64,000 nt of DNA from a bacterium. GTDB lineage: Bacteria; UBA10199; 2-02-FULL-44-16; JAAZCA01. Position numbers and translations under genes: made by a program. Numbering within the stretch: position 1 is the first letter of the stretch; every line of letters begins with the position of its first letter. Location of the stretch: assembly GCA_963674695.2 (NCBI GenBank), contig CAXXGI010000003.1, forward strand, positions 864,001 to 928,000, given 5' to 3'. Under the pieces are notes generated by a model. It was given only the letters and a program-made list of their open reading frames with translations, did no database searches and was not told where the DNA came from. Below, piece by piece: positions 44,064 through 53,371 of the stretch.

Positions 44064-46061
44064 TCATGCAATAGAAAATTCATCCGGAGAATCTTCCGAC
44101 GACTCAGTCGGCCCTTCACGCGGAAGCGTCACGACAAAGGCACTGCCCTGACCCGGCTCGCTCTCAAGACGGATCGTTCCATCGTGGCGATGGGCAATCT
44201 CTTTGCAGATGGCCAGGCCCAGACCCAACCCCTTTGCCCCCGGACCGTACTCGCGTCCAACCTGTTGAAACCGTTCAAAGACCGTCTCCTGATATTCGGC
44301 GGGAACGCCGATACCGTTATCGGCGACACGCAGTTCGACCCAATCCGGGCTATCGCTGACGGAGAGAATAACACTCCCCCCTTCCGCCGTAAATTTTATC
44401 GCGTTATCCAGGAGATTGACCAGCAGCTGATGCAGACGACGCGGATCGGCGCGGAAATGAGCATCGCTGATCTCTTGACGCACCTGAAACGACCTATTGT
44501 TCTGTCGCATGATGGGACGATAGACCTCGCTGATCGCCGACACCAGGTCCATGAGCGAGGTCTGTTCGAGACGGAGCTGAAAACCACCGCGGCTCAACCG
44601 GGAATATTCCAGGAGTTCTTCGATCAAGATCTCCAATCGTTTCACGCTCTTGTTAGCACGAATCATGCCATGCTGCAGACGATCGCCCAATTTCCCCATC
44701 ACCCCCGCATCGGCATTGGAGAAAAAAAGTTTGATCAGCGCCAACGGCGTGCGCAGCTCGTGCGAAACCGTCGAGATGAGGTCGTCCTTGGCGCGATCGA
44801 GCTCGCGCACATGCGTCACATCGATGAGCGTGATCAGGGCACCACCGATGCGCTCGTCATTGACGATCGGAATGACGCTCAGGCGCAGGATCATGAGCGG
44901 CGCGCGCTCGATGACCAGATCGGTTGCCAGTGGCTCGACACGCTCAAACGCTGATTCGAGAACCACTTCGTTTGGAAACCAGTCGCAGTCATCCAAAACG
45001 GCTCGTGTAATCGCCACCTCACCCTTGAGCCCCAACATGCGCACCGCCGCCGGGTTTGACAACACCACCTCGCCGTGCCTGTCGAGCAGGACGATCCCCT
45101 CCATCATCACGGAGGCGGCCGTCTGAAACCGCTGCCGTTCCGCCTCGATCTCACGACGGGTTTCCTCCACATCCTCGAGCATGGACAGCACCGCCCGACT
45201 GCGCTCGTCGAGTGCACTCACCGACTTTTCGATCTCCTGCGCTGCGTGTTTGGCCGCGTACTCCGCCTGCTTCCGCGCGGTGACATCCACTCCCATTCCA
45301 ATGAGATAGGGCGCGCCATCCATCATCGTTCGCTTTCCGGTAAGGAGATAGGTCCGTCGTTCACCGGAGAATAGACGCACATCGGCCTCGACGGAGGCTT
45401 CCCCCTTTTCAAACACTTCTCCTATTCGTTCGCGAATGAGTTCGCGATCTTCCTCAACAACGATGGAGAGCGGCCCAACGGAAAAAAGCTCCTCTCGGGA
45501 CAAGCCCGTCACCGATTCCATGGTGTGATTGAAACGAACAAAGGCACCCTGCTCATCGATGACGTAGGTCATGCCCGGCATATGCTCGAAGATCGATTGC
45601 GCAAATGATTGTTCGCGCAGCATCGCCCGTTGCACCTCGCACTGCCGAATAAAGCGCGCCAGGTGCAAAGCGACGGCATCGATCAGGTGGCGCTCTTCCT
45701 CTAAGAAGGGACCTTCGAAAAACTGCGGGCGCGCTTCGGTATAGAAGACCTCGACGCGACCGACCTCCTCGCCGGAAACGCGCACAGGTGCTCCCATGCT
45801 CCAGGACCCCTCACAAAACCCCGGCGACTCATAAACGGCGTCTCCAATCCGGATGCGCGCCGTCGCCACCTCCGGATACTGCCACGCCGGGGGAAGAAGC
45901 TCGACGACGCGCTGACATATCGACGAGGCATCGCCCTCAGCCACATTGATGATTGTGGAGATCTCATACAGACATTGCAGCCCCTTGAGACGCTCCTCGG
46001 TCGGGTCGCGCGGAACTCCAACCCCCTTCTGTCTGTGCCCCTTATCGTTCGACATCATCAC
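44064..46061 (-). CDS. GAF-like/PAS histidine kinase
   Basis: PPAWQYPE...FLEEE N-terminal domain; VSHELRTPL, NLLDNAIKF, DNGIG. Confidence 0.9.
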   Translation of the reverse strand: MMMSNDKGHRQKGVGVPRDPTEERLKGLQCLYEISTIINVAEGDASSICQRVVELLPPAWQYPEVATARIRIGDAVYESPGFCEGSWSMGAPVRVSGEEVGRVEVFYTEARPQFFEGPFLEEERHLIDAVALHLARFIRQCEVQRAMLREQSFAQSIFEHMPGMTYVIDEQGAFVRFNHTMESVTGLSREELFSVGPLSIVVEEDRELIRERIGEVFEKGEASVEADVRLFSGERRTYLLTGKRTMMDGAPYLIGMGVDVTARKQAEYAAKHAAQEIEKSVSALDERSRAVLSMLEDVEETRREIEAERQRFQTAASVMMEGIVLLDRHGEVVLSNPAAVRMLGLKGEVAITRAVLDDCDWFPNEVVLESAFERVEPLATDLVIERAPLMILRLSVIPIVNDERIGGALITLIDVTHVRELDRAKDDLISTVSHELRTPLALIKLFFSNADAGVMGKLGDRLQHGMIRANKSVKRLEILIEELLEYSRLSRGGFQLRLEQTSLMDLVSAISEVYRPIMRQNNRSFQVRQEISDAHFRADPRRLHQLLVNLLDNAIKFTAEGGSVILSVSDSPDWVELRVADNGIGVPAEYQETVFERFQQVGREYGPGAKGLGLGLAICKEIAHRHDGTIRLESEPGQGSAFVVTLPREGPTESSEDSPDEFSIA

Positions 46062-46429
46062 CCCCGAGCAGAACGGATCATCTCCAACAGCTCATCCATC
46101 TCGAAGGGTTTGCGAATGAAAGGCGCATCGCCGATAAAATCGCGTTCCTCCTTGGAGAGCAGCCTACCGAAGGCGGTCACGATGATGACGGGGAGTTTTT
46201 TCAGCGCCTCGTCCGCCTGCATCTCTTCATAGACGCGAAAGCCGTCCTTGCCCGGCATCATGATATCGAGCAGAACGCCGTCGAGCTGCTGTTCGCGCAT
46301 GATGGCCAACCCGGCATCCCCATCGTTGGCCTCGATCACCTCGTACCCCTCGAACTCGAGGCGGGTGCGCAGACTGTCGACAAAATCGCGTTCATCATCG
46401 ATGACCAGCAGCTTCTTCATATCCGGCAT
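46058..46429 (-). CDS. Single-domain response regulator
   Basis: LVIDDE, LLDIMMP, VTA, KPF. Confidence 0.9.
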   Translation of the reverse strand: MPDMKKLLVIDDERDFVDSLRTRLEFEGYEVIEANDGDAGLAIMREQQLDGVLLDIMMPGKDGFRVYEEMQADEALKKLPVIIVTAFGRLLSKEERDFIGDAPFIRKPFEMDELLEMIRSARG

Positions 46430-46466
46430 GGGATCCTCCTGCGAAAAAGGGTTATGGCAATAGGCA

Positions 46467-48833
46467 TCACACGGTAAAACGCCTGGGTTTGCCCTGGTCT
46501 TCCAACAGCCGATTGATCTCGTCCTTGAGCTGGATGATGCGCTGCTCGCGGCCGACCATGAACTGGTTGAGGCGCTCGATGTAGGTCATCTTGTTCTTGA
46601 GCTCCTCTTCGGCGCGATGCTCTTTGGTCACGTCGCGCCCGATCGCCGAAACGCCGACGATGGCGCCGCGTTCGTCCCGGATGGCCGAGAAGGTCAGCGA
46701 TACGGTGATGACCACCCCATCCTTGCGCCGACGCTCGGTGATGAAGTGATCGATCGCACGCCCCTGACGCAGCTTTCCCAACAGCCCCTGGAGTTCGTCT
46801 TCGCGCCCCTCCGGAAGGAGGATCGAGATGGAACGGCCGAGGACCTCCTCGGCGCTGTAGCCGTAGATGCGCTCGGCTCCCTTGTTCCAACTGGTGATCG
46901 TGCCGTCGAGCGTCTTGCCGATGATGGCGTCGCTGGAGCTGGCGACGATCGCGGAGAGCCGTCGCATCTCCAGCTCCCACCGCTTGCGTTCGGTGATGTC
47001 GGTGATCGCGCCGATGATCCCGGCGATGTGCCCCTGGGCATCGGCGAAGGTCGATTTGTGAAAGAGGACATCGCGGACCGATCCGCCGTCGCCGACGACC
47101 CGGAACTCGTACTCCTGCACGCCGGGGTCGGCGAAGAGCGCCTCGTCCATGACGTGGTAACGGTCGGCCTCCTCTTTGGGGGCAATATCATAGACCGTCT
47201 TGCCGACGATCTCGTCGCGTGAACGACCGAAGAACTCCTCGAACTTTCGGTTGCACCCGACATAGCGATACTCGGTATCCTTGTAGAAGACCGGCAGGGG
47301 AACGGCATCGAGCATCGTCCGTATGAACAGGAGCTGATCGGCCAGGAAATCCTCGATCTGTTTCTGATCGGTGATATCCTGAATCGCCCCCCACACGCGC
47401 ACGGTGCGACCGTCGCGGCGGTCGGCCTGGCCCATCGCGCGCACCCAGCGATGGTTTCCCGCCGCAGTCACGAAGGGCAGCTTCAGATCGTAGGGCAACC
47501 CCTCGTCGATGGCCGCGGTCAGGGCCGCCTCGATCAACGGACGCGCCTCCTCGGGAAAGAAAGAGAGCCCGTCGTCGACGGTGGGATTGAAATCAGGACC
47601 CACCTCGTGAAGGCGATAGGTCTCATCGGTCCAGACCTGCTCTCGGGTATCCACGTCGAAGGCCCAACCGCCGATATGCGCCATCCGCCCGGTCTGGGCC
47701 AGAAGCGCCTGGCTCTGCGCCAGCTCCGCACGGGCCGATTCCTGCACGCTGACGTCGCGCACCGAGGCGATGATGAGCGCTCCCGCTGCGGTCTGAAAGG
47801 AAGAGAGAATGATCTCGACGGGAAAGATCGTGCCATCCTTGCGCCGATGTACGGTCTCGATCATATGGCGTTGTCCATCCTCGCGCGACGACGATGTGAT
47901 GACGCGATCGAACTCCGCTTCGAGCTCTTCGCGTGTCAGGAGCGGCTTGATGTCCTGCGGTCCCATCCGCAGCAGCTCATCGTGGCTGTAGCCCGTGCTC
48001 ACGCAAGCCGTTGCGTTCATATCGACAAACCGCATCGTCTTGCGGTCGATAAGGAAGAGGCTGTCGGCCGATCCATCGAGGGCGGCGCGAAAACGCTTCA
48101 GATCATCCTCTAACCTCCGCGCCTCGGTGCTGTCCTCCTTGATGGCGATGAAGTGCTCGATGCGCCCGGATTGACCCTTGACCGGCGAGATAAGCGCACT
48201 CTCCCAGTAGAGCGTGCCGTCCTTGCGCTTATTATGAAATTCGCCCCGCCACTCGCGCCCCGCGTTGATCGTCTCCCAGAGGAGATGGTATTCCTCGGGC
48301 GGAAGCTCACCAGATTTGAGGATCCGCGGATTCTGTCCGACGGCCTCCTCTGCCGTATACCCTGTGACTTCAACAAATTTGCGATTGACGTATTCGATGG
48401 TGCCGGTGGGATCGGTGACGACGACGATGGCCGGCCCCTGCTCGATGGCGTGCGCCAACAGCTGCAGGCGCCCCTCGACCACACGGCGCGTACCGCGCTC
48501 GCCCTGATATTTCTCGACGAGCGACCAGAGCACGCGCGCCATATTACCGGCGATGAGGTCGCACGCCTCGGGTTTTTCGCGCTGCAACTGCGCATGCACC
48601 CCCTCAACGCCCGTCACGTCGATGATGATATCGATGGGAATGGTGCCAAAGAAGGGAGCCCAACTCGCCTCGGTGCGAATGCCCTTGTCGCGGGCAAATG
48701 CGAGCGCCGGCGCATCCGGGCGGGTGTCAACGATGCCGGCGATGTGCACATCGGCGGTGCGGGAAAAGATGTCGAGCATGGCTCGGCCGCCCTGGCCGCC
48801 GCCGACGATGAGAAGATGGATGCGATCCCCCAT
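46467..48833 (-). CDS. Rossmann-fold plus multi-PAS sensor without kinase domain
   Basis: IVGGGQGG...IIDVTG; NifL-like PAS GQNPRILKSG...W; four more PAS; coiled-coil tail. Confidence 0.85.
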   Translation of the reverse strand: MGDRIHLLIVGGGQGGRAMLDIFSRTADVHIAGIVDTRPDAPALAFARDKGIRTEASWAPFFGTIPIDIIIDVTGVEGVHAQLQREKPEACDLIAGNMARVLWSLVEKYQGERGTRRVVEGRLQLLAHAIEQGPAIVVVTDPTGTIEYVNRKFVEVTGYTAEEAVGQNPRILKSGELPPEEYHLLWETINAGREWRGEFHNKRKDGTLYWESALISPVKGQSGRIEHFIAIKEDSTEARRLEDDLKRFRAALDGSADSLFLIDRKTMRFVDMNATACVSTGYSHDELLRMGPQDIKPLLTREELEAEFDRVITSSSREDGQRHMIETVHRRKDGTIFPVEIILSSFQTAAGALIIASVRDVSVQESARAELAQSQALLAQTGRMAHIGGWAFDVDTREQVWTDETYRLHEVGPDFNPTVDDGLSFFPEEARPLIEAALTAAIDEGLPYDLKLPFVTAAGNHRWVRAMGQADRRDGRTVRVWGAIQDITDQKQIEDFLADQLLFIRTMLDAVPLPVFYKDTEYRYVGCNRKFEEFFGRSRDEIVGKTVYDIAPKEEADRYHVMDEALFADPGVQEYEFRVVGDGGSVRDVLFHKSTFADAQGHIAGIIGAITDITERKRWELEMRRLSAIVASSSDAIIGKTLDGTITSWNKGAERIYGYSAEEVLGRSISILLPEGREDELQGLLGKLRQGRAIDHFITERRRKDGVVITVSLTFSAIRDERGAIVGVSAIGRDVTKEHRAEEELKNKMTYIERLNQFMVGREQRIIQLKDEINRLLEDQGKPRRFTV

Positions 48834-49095
48834 GGTCCCCCCTTGTCGCATCAAAGACAGAATTGAAATTTACCATGAAGTGGGCGGCGAGTCACGCACG
48901 AGACACAAAAAAACGGGGGAAAACAGCGGGTTTCACACCAAAGAGACGCGCCTTTGTAATATATTTCTATTAGAACTAATATATCATTATCTACTGTCTA
49001 TTAGAACAGTATTCGAGCGCCAAATAGTTTCTCGGCGCGTCGGAATCTTGTCCCCTCCCGGCATTTATGCCAGTATGCGCCACAGGAGGAACACC

Positions 49096-49497
49096 ATGCA
49101 GCCAGCAACGGACGGTCATCACCTTCCCATCGGATACCTCTACTGGATCTTCGGGTTCATGGGGGCACACCGCTTCTACTATGGGCGCCCCGTCACCGGG
49201 ACGATCTGGTTCTTCACGCTCGGGCTCTTCTTCATCGGATGGATCGTCGATCTCTTCCTCATCCCCTCCATGGACCGCGAGGCCGAGCAGCGCTTCACGC
49301 CGGGCCCGATCGACTATACGATCGCCTGGGTGCTGCTCACCTTTCTGGGAGTCTTGGGGATTCACCGCTTCTACATGGGCAAGTGGGTGACCGGGCTCAT
49401 CTGGCTCTGCACCGGCGGGGGTTTTCTCATCGGCGTCCTCTACGACTATTGGACGCTCAACGACCAGATCGATGAACTCAACGCCGGGAAGGCGTGA
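49096..49497 (+). CDS. Double TM2-domain membrane protein
   Basis: GAHRFYYG and GIHRFYMG repeats; AGGAGG RBS. Confidence 0.88.
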   Translation: MQPATDGHHLPIGYLYWIFGFMGAHRFYYGRPVTGTIWFFTLGLFFIGWIVDLFLIPSMDREAEQRFTPGPIDYTIAWVLLTFLGVLGIHRFYMGKWVTGLIWLCTGGGFLIGVLYDYWTLNDQIDELNAGKA

Positions 49498-49519
49498 GGG
49501 TGATGACACCCCCTGTTGC

Positions 49520-49617
49520 TGTCATCCCCGCCCCCGATTCAATCATTCGGGGGCAGGCTCCAGCGGGGATCTCGATGTACACTGACAATCGAGATTCCCG
49601 CCTTCGCGGGAATGACA
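49520..49617. repeat. REP-like double-hairpin element, copy D
   Basis: TGTCATCCCCGC[insert]GCGGGGATCTCG...CGAGATTCCCGCCTTCGCGGGAATGACA. Confidence 0.85.
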
Positions 49618-49659
49618 CCCCCTGTTGATGACAAAACCGATAGGCTGTCATCACGCTCA

Positions 49660-50466
49660 CTACTTCCGTTTCTTTTTTCTCTTCTTTGCGCGCTTGGACT
49701 TGCGGGGTTTCTTCGGCTCCGGTTTTTGCTCTGGAATCTTCTCGAGTGCCTTGAGTGCCGCCTCGCTATAATCGAGGCGTTCAGAATGCGCGAGTTTTTC
49801 CAGCGCCGGACGCGCGCGAACGGCCTCTGGCCCAAAAGCGCCGAGCGTACGAATGGCCTGGACGACCTCGACCTGGTCCTGTGCTTTGAGCATCTTCATG
49901 AGGGCGGATACCGAAAGGGCTATGTGTCCCTGTGGGAGCTCCCCCCGCTGGGCCAGCGTCATCAGGATATTGGCCGTTGAAATTCGCAGATCAAGCGTCT
50001 CTCCCCGACGAAGCTCGCGAACCGCCGTCCCCATCAAGGCATCGCGATCGGGATGATTCAGCAAAAGACCCATCGCTTCGCGCCGCTCGAGGATCGAACC
50101 GCTTCGAATTTTTTTAAAAAGCGCGCGCGGCGTTGGAAAATCGTTTTTCGTCCGCTGGGCATCGCCCCCCCTTTCCGATGGACTCGAAACCGAACGTGGA
50201 TTCCTCTGTCGAAAAGCAGCGGCGTATCTGTCGCTCGAGGCATAATCAAACGTCTTGTTCACACAGAGCGAAAACTGCACATAGCGCGTATCCTTTCCAT
50301 CGGGCGATGTGACCTGGTAGACGGGTTTGTCCTCACCTTCGGCCTTGTCCCGTTTCTCATAACACGTGGTAAGACTCTGTTCACAGTACGCCTGCCGCCC
50401 GAGGCCATCGGTCATCGTGGCATAGAGTTGGCAGCGCGCCTTGATCTCGGTTGCATAATCGCTCAT
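49660..50466 (-). CDS. HEAT-repeat protein with Lys-rich tail
   Basis: LRISTANIL, QAIRTLGAFG, AALKALEKI; basic C-terminus. Confidence 0.7.
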   Translation of the reverse strand: MSDYATEIKARCQLYATMTDGLGRQAYCEQSLTTCYEKRDKAEGEDKPVYQVTSPDGKDTRYVQFSLCVNKTFDYASSDRYAAAFRQRNPRSVSSPSERGGDAQRTKNDFPTPRALFKKIRSGSILERREAMGLLLNHPDRDALMGTAVRELRRGETLDLRISTANILMTLAQRGELPQGHIALSVSALMKMLKAQDQVEVVQAIRTLGAFGPEAVRARPALEKLAHSERLDYSEAALKALEKIPEQKPEPKKPRKSKRAKKRKKKRK

Positions 50467-50652
50467 GAATTCCCTCCCGAAATGGATGTACCGGTTCCTT
50501 ATCGCTCGCCGGAGGAAATTGTTTCGCGTTATTTTACAAGAGGTTGCAACAATATTGATTTGTCCGGCGATCGTAGAATGACGCTTCCAATAGCCCTCCA
50601 GAAGAACGCATGCCAACTTGCATCCTCACCGCATGCCATCTATGAACGGGGC

Positions 50653-51138
50653 ATGTCTCCATCTGCCGCAATCGAACGCCATGTCGTTCTCGTGCATCCT
50701 GAGGTGCACTGGAACACCGGCAACGCCGGACGCACCTGCCTCGGCTTCGGCGCACACCTGCACCTGATCGAACCGCTCGGATTTTCCCTGGAGGAGAAAC
50801 AGGTGCGGCGCGCGGGGCTCGACTATTGGGAACTCGTTTCGCTCTCGGTCTGGAAGGATGTTGATGCTTTTTGTTCAGCACTCTCGCCGCAGAAGGACGA
50901 GGTGGCCCTGATCACAAAATATGGAAGCCAGTCGCTGTGGGAAATGCCGCGATCGCCCCGGCAGTTCTTTCTCTTCGGCTCCGAAACGAAAGGCCTACCC
51001 GATTCGATTCGTACCGCGTATCCGGACAACACCTATCGCATCCCGATCACGGATGAAATTCGCTCGCTCAACCTCTCGACCACCGTGGGGATCGTGTTGT
51101 ATGAGCACCTTCGGATGGAGCGGAAACAACTGAAATGA
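50653..51138 (+). CDS. trmL: tRNA (cytidine/uridine-34) 2'-O-methyltransferase
   Basis: PEVHWNTGNAGRTC, RRAGLDYW, FGSETKGL, RSLNLS. Confidence 0.92.
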   Translation: MSPSAAIERHVVLVHPEVHWNTGNAGRTCLGFGAHLHLIEPLGFSLEEKQVRRAGLDYWELVSLSVWKDVDAFCSALSPQKDEVALITKYGSQSLWEMPRSPRQFFLFGSETKGLPDSIRTAYPDNTYRIPITDEIRSLNLSTTVGIVLYEHLRMERKQLK

Positions 51139-51162
51139 GCACAACACTTCAAGGAAACCGAT

Positions 51163-51675
51163 ATGCATAACACGTCCACAAACATTCGAACCTGCCCCAT
51201 TTCCGAACGAACTCGGGCAGAAGAGATCGTGCTTCAGTCCTATGAAGAATATCGCGAGCTGTGCACAAAACCGCTCTGGAAAGATTTCGTGGAAAGCATA
51301 CACGAAGCCCTCTTCTCAGAACAGACCGTGATCTTTCTTGCGCAATACGGCGATACAATTGCGGGGGTCGTCACCCTCGTCATCGGTGACACACCGGGAA
51401 CGCTTGGCGCCCCTCATGAGAGCACCGCTGAAATGCGAATGCTGACCGTTTTACCTCAGTACAGAAAACAGGGGATCGGAAGATCACTCGTGCACAGATG
51501 CCTCGACCATGCACGACAATCTCACATGAAGACGCTTCATCTCTACACAACATCGTACATGAAAGCGGCGATCCGCATGTACGAGGATATGGGCTTTTAT
51601 CGCGACCCCGCTGCCGACTTCACTCCCTTTCCCAACGGCGGCGAAGCGCTCGCATATCGAATGGATGTGGCGTAA
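51163..51675 (+). CDS. GNAT acetyltransferase
   Basis: VLPQYRKQGIG, AIRMYEDMGF. Confidence 0.88.
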   Translation: MHNTSTNIRTCPISERTRAEEIVLQSYEEYRELCTKPLWKDFVESIHEALFSEQTVIFLAQYGDTIAGVVTLVIGDTPGTLGAPHESTAEMRMLTVLPQYRKQGIGRSLVHRCLDHARQSHMKTLHLYTTSYMKAAIRMYEDMGFYRDPAADFTPFPNGGEALAYRMDVA

Positions 51676-51680
51676 ATACA

Positions 51681-51712
51681 AAAAAGCCCCGCGGGCGAAC
51701 CCATGGGGCTTT
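51681..51712. terminator. Bidirectional terminator between convergent genes
   Basis: AAAAAGCCCC...GGGGCTTT. Confidence 0.65.
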
Positions 51713-51735
51713 CTCTCACTAGGGATCAAATCGAA

Positions 51736-52230
51736 TCAGCACGAACAGTTGCCCGGAACGCAATCATCACCACTCTCGATGATGGAACAATTGAGGCTCT
51801 GGCTCGCACAGGTGCCCGTGATGGTGCCGCTACAACTGCCCGGGGTCAACACCACGTTCGTCGCCGTGACATTCGTGCAGCCGTCAAACTCCGTCATATT
51901 CGCCGAAACGAGGGTGCTGAAATCCGCAGAAGAGGTCATCGTGCCGCTGTAGACTTCGTTCGTGGCGGAGGTGCAATCGACAAAGGTCAGCGTTGTAGTC
52001 GCGGCATCCGCTGTCACAGAACCCCCGTTTGGGCAGTCGCAGCGGGCAACGGAAAATTCCAAACAATCCTGCATATCGTCGTTTTCCAAAATGGTGGCGA
52101 AATCCGCGAACGCAGCTTCGGCCGCGCTCTCACCCGCCGTACAGTCCGTGCTGCTTCCGCTTCCGCTGCTGCCACAGCCTGCAAGGACCACCACGGAAAT
52201 CATGCACACAACGATCGCAAATTTCTTCAT
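51736..52230 (-). CDS. Cys-rich lipoprotein
   Basis: Lipobox LAGC; many Cys; AAGGAGG RBS. Confidence 0.75.
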   Translation of the reverse strand: MKKFAIVVCMISVVVLAGCGSSGSGSSTDCTAGESAAEAAFADFATILENDDMQDCLEFSVARCDCPNGGSVTADAATTTLTFVDCTSATNEVYSGTMTSSADFSTLVSANMTEFDGCTNVTATNVVLTPGSCSGTITGTCASQSLNCSIIESGDDCVPGNCSC

Positions 52231-52291
52231 CTCTCCCCTCCTTTTTTTGTGAGCTTTACTTATGGTGAATCAAGGCGAAGAAGTCAAATCG

Positions 52292-52377
52292 CCCTCCCCC
52301 CCCCTCACTTGACAATAATGTAAAGAAGGAAAGGAGCCGGAAAGGTCATTATTTTGGCTTTAAAGACAATTTCTGGC
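52292..52377. repeat. Direct repeat 1 (partner at 54981-55062)
   Basis: CCCCTCACTTGACAATAATRTAAA...GCCGGAAAGG shared with second copy. Confidence 0.85.
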
Positions 52378-52397
52378 GATGCCATCGCCTCGTCCGG

Positions 52398-52452
52398 CAG
52401 AGAACGGAGAGAGGATTCTGAGAACGGTGAACGGAAAACGGAGAGCGGAGAT
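52398..52452. repeat. Heptamer array, inverted relative to 55846-55900
   Basis: AGAACGG TGAACGG AAAACGG AGAGCGG. Confidence 0.8.
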
Positions 52453-52530
52453 GAGGATAAAACGATGGGACGGCGACGATACGGCGCTGCCTGCCTGCCG
52501 GCAGGATGAGGCGCCGGTAAGGCGATTGGC

Positions 52531-53040
52531 CTAGACGAAGCGTTGGAAGACGGGATGGTGGCGGGCCAGGCCCTTCTTGTCGGCGAGCCAGCCGGGTTCG
52601 AGTTCCAGGGCCATGAAGGCGTCGCCGGCCTCGGGATACTCGCAGGTGAGGCCAAACTCCCTGGCGGGGAGGAAGCCGAAAGCGGGATAGTACTCGGGAT
52701 GGCCGAACACGATCACCGCGGGGATGCCAATCTCCTTGAGTTGCTTGAGCCCCTCCTCGGTGAGCCTCTTTCCGATCCCCTTCTTCTGGTGCGAGGGCAA
52801 CACGGCCAGGGGGGCCAGGGCCACCACCTCGTGTTTCTCGCCCTCCCCCTCGATCGTCACGGGCGAGAAGAGGAGATGACCCACGATCTCCTCACCCTCC
52901 ACCGCCACGAGCGAGAGGATCACGGCCCCCTCCTCCCGCAGGGCGTCGACCAGTTGCCCTTCGACCTCACGCCCGAAGGCCAGGTCGTTGACCTTGCGGA
53001 TTGCGGGACAATCGGATGCCTTTTCTTTTCGTATTATCAT
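52531..53040 (-). CDS. GNAT acetyltransferase (YhbS-like)
   Basis: SLVA...VGHLLFSPV, LAPLAVLPSHQKKGIG, VFGHPEYYPAFGF. Confidence 0.9.
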   Translation of the reverse strand: MIIRKEKASDCPAIRKVNDLAFGREVEGQLVDALREEGAVILSLVAVEGEEIVGHLLFSPVTIEGEGEKHEVVALAPLAVLPSHQKKGIGKRLTEEGLKQLKEIGIPAVIVFGHPEYYPAFGFLPAREFGLTCEYPEAGDAFMALELEPGWLADKKGLARHHPVFQRFV

Positions 53041-53090
53041 CGCAGTATCATCGCTTGATCATCGCAGTATCGTCGCTGGATCGTCGCCGT
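53036..53090. repeat. 11-mer tandem array (5 units)
   Basis: ATCATCGCAGT ATCATCGCTTG ATCATCGCAGT ATCGTCGCTGG ATCGTCGCCGT. Confidence 0.88.
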
Positions 53091-53120
53091 GATCCGTAAT
53101 GAAGTGTCGTGTCCCCCGAA

Positions 53121-53258
53121 TTATTCCGTCACCTTTTTGCAGCTGTCGAAGATATTGTGATGCGTGGTTGTCTCGGCGGCATGGGTGAAGGTGGTGGAGA
53201 GCAGGAGGATGGTGAGAAGGACAGCTGCTCCGGAGAGGTGCTTGAGAATATTTTTCAT
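53121..53258 (-). pseudogene. 45-aa ORF with signal peptide; truncated gene or small secreted peptide
   Basis: Manual translation MKNILKHLSGAAVLLTILLLSTTFTHAAETTTHHNIFDSCKKVTE*; AAGGA RBS. Confidence 0.5.
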
Positions 53259-53285
53259 AGCTCAGCATCCTTTCTTTGTTTGCTT

Positions 53286-53364
53286 ATGATCGCCCATTTT
53301 ATCGCCTTATCGTCGCAGCCTTCATCGTAGGATCATCGCGGGATCATTGCCTTACCATCACGTG
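53286..53364. repeat. Degenerate 11-mer array
   Basis: About 7 ATCRTCGC-like units at 11-12 nt spacing. Confidence 0.7.
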
Positions 53365-53371
53365 TGTCTCA

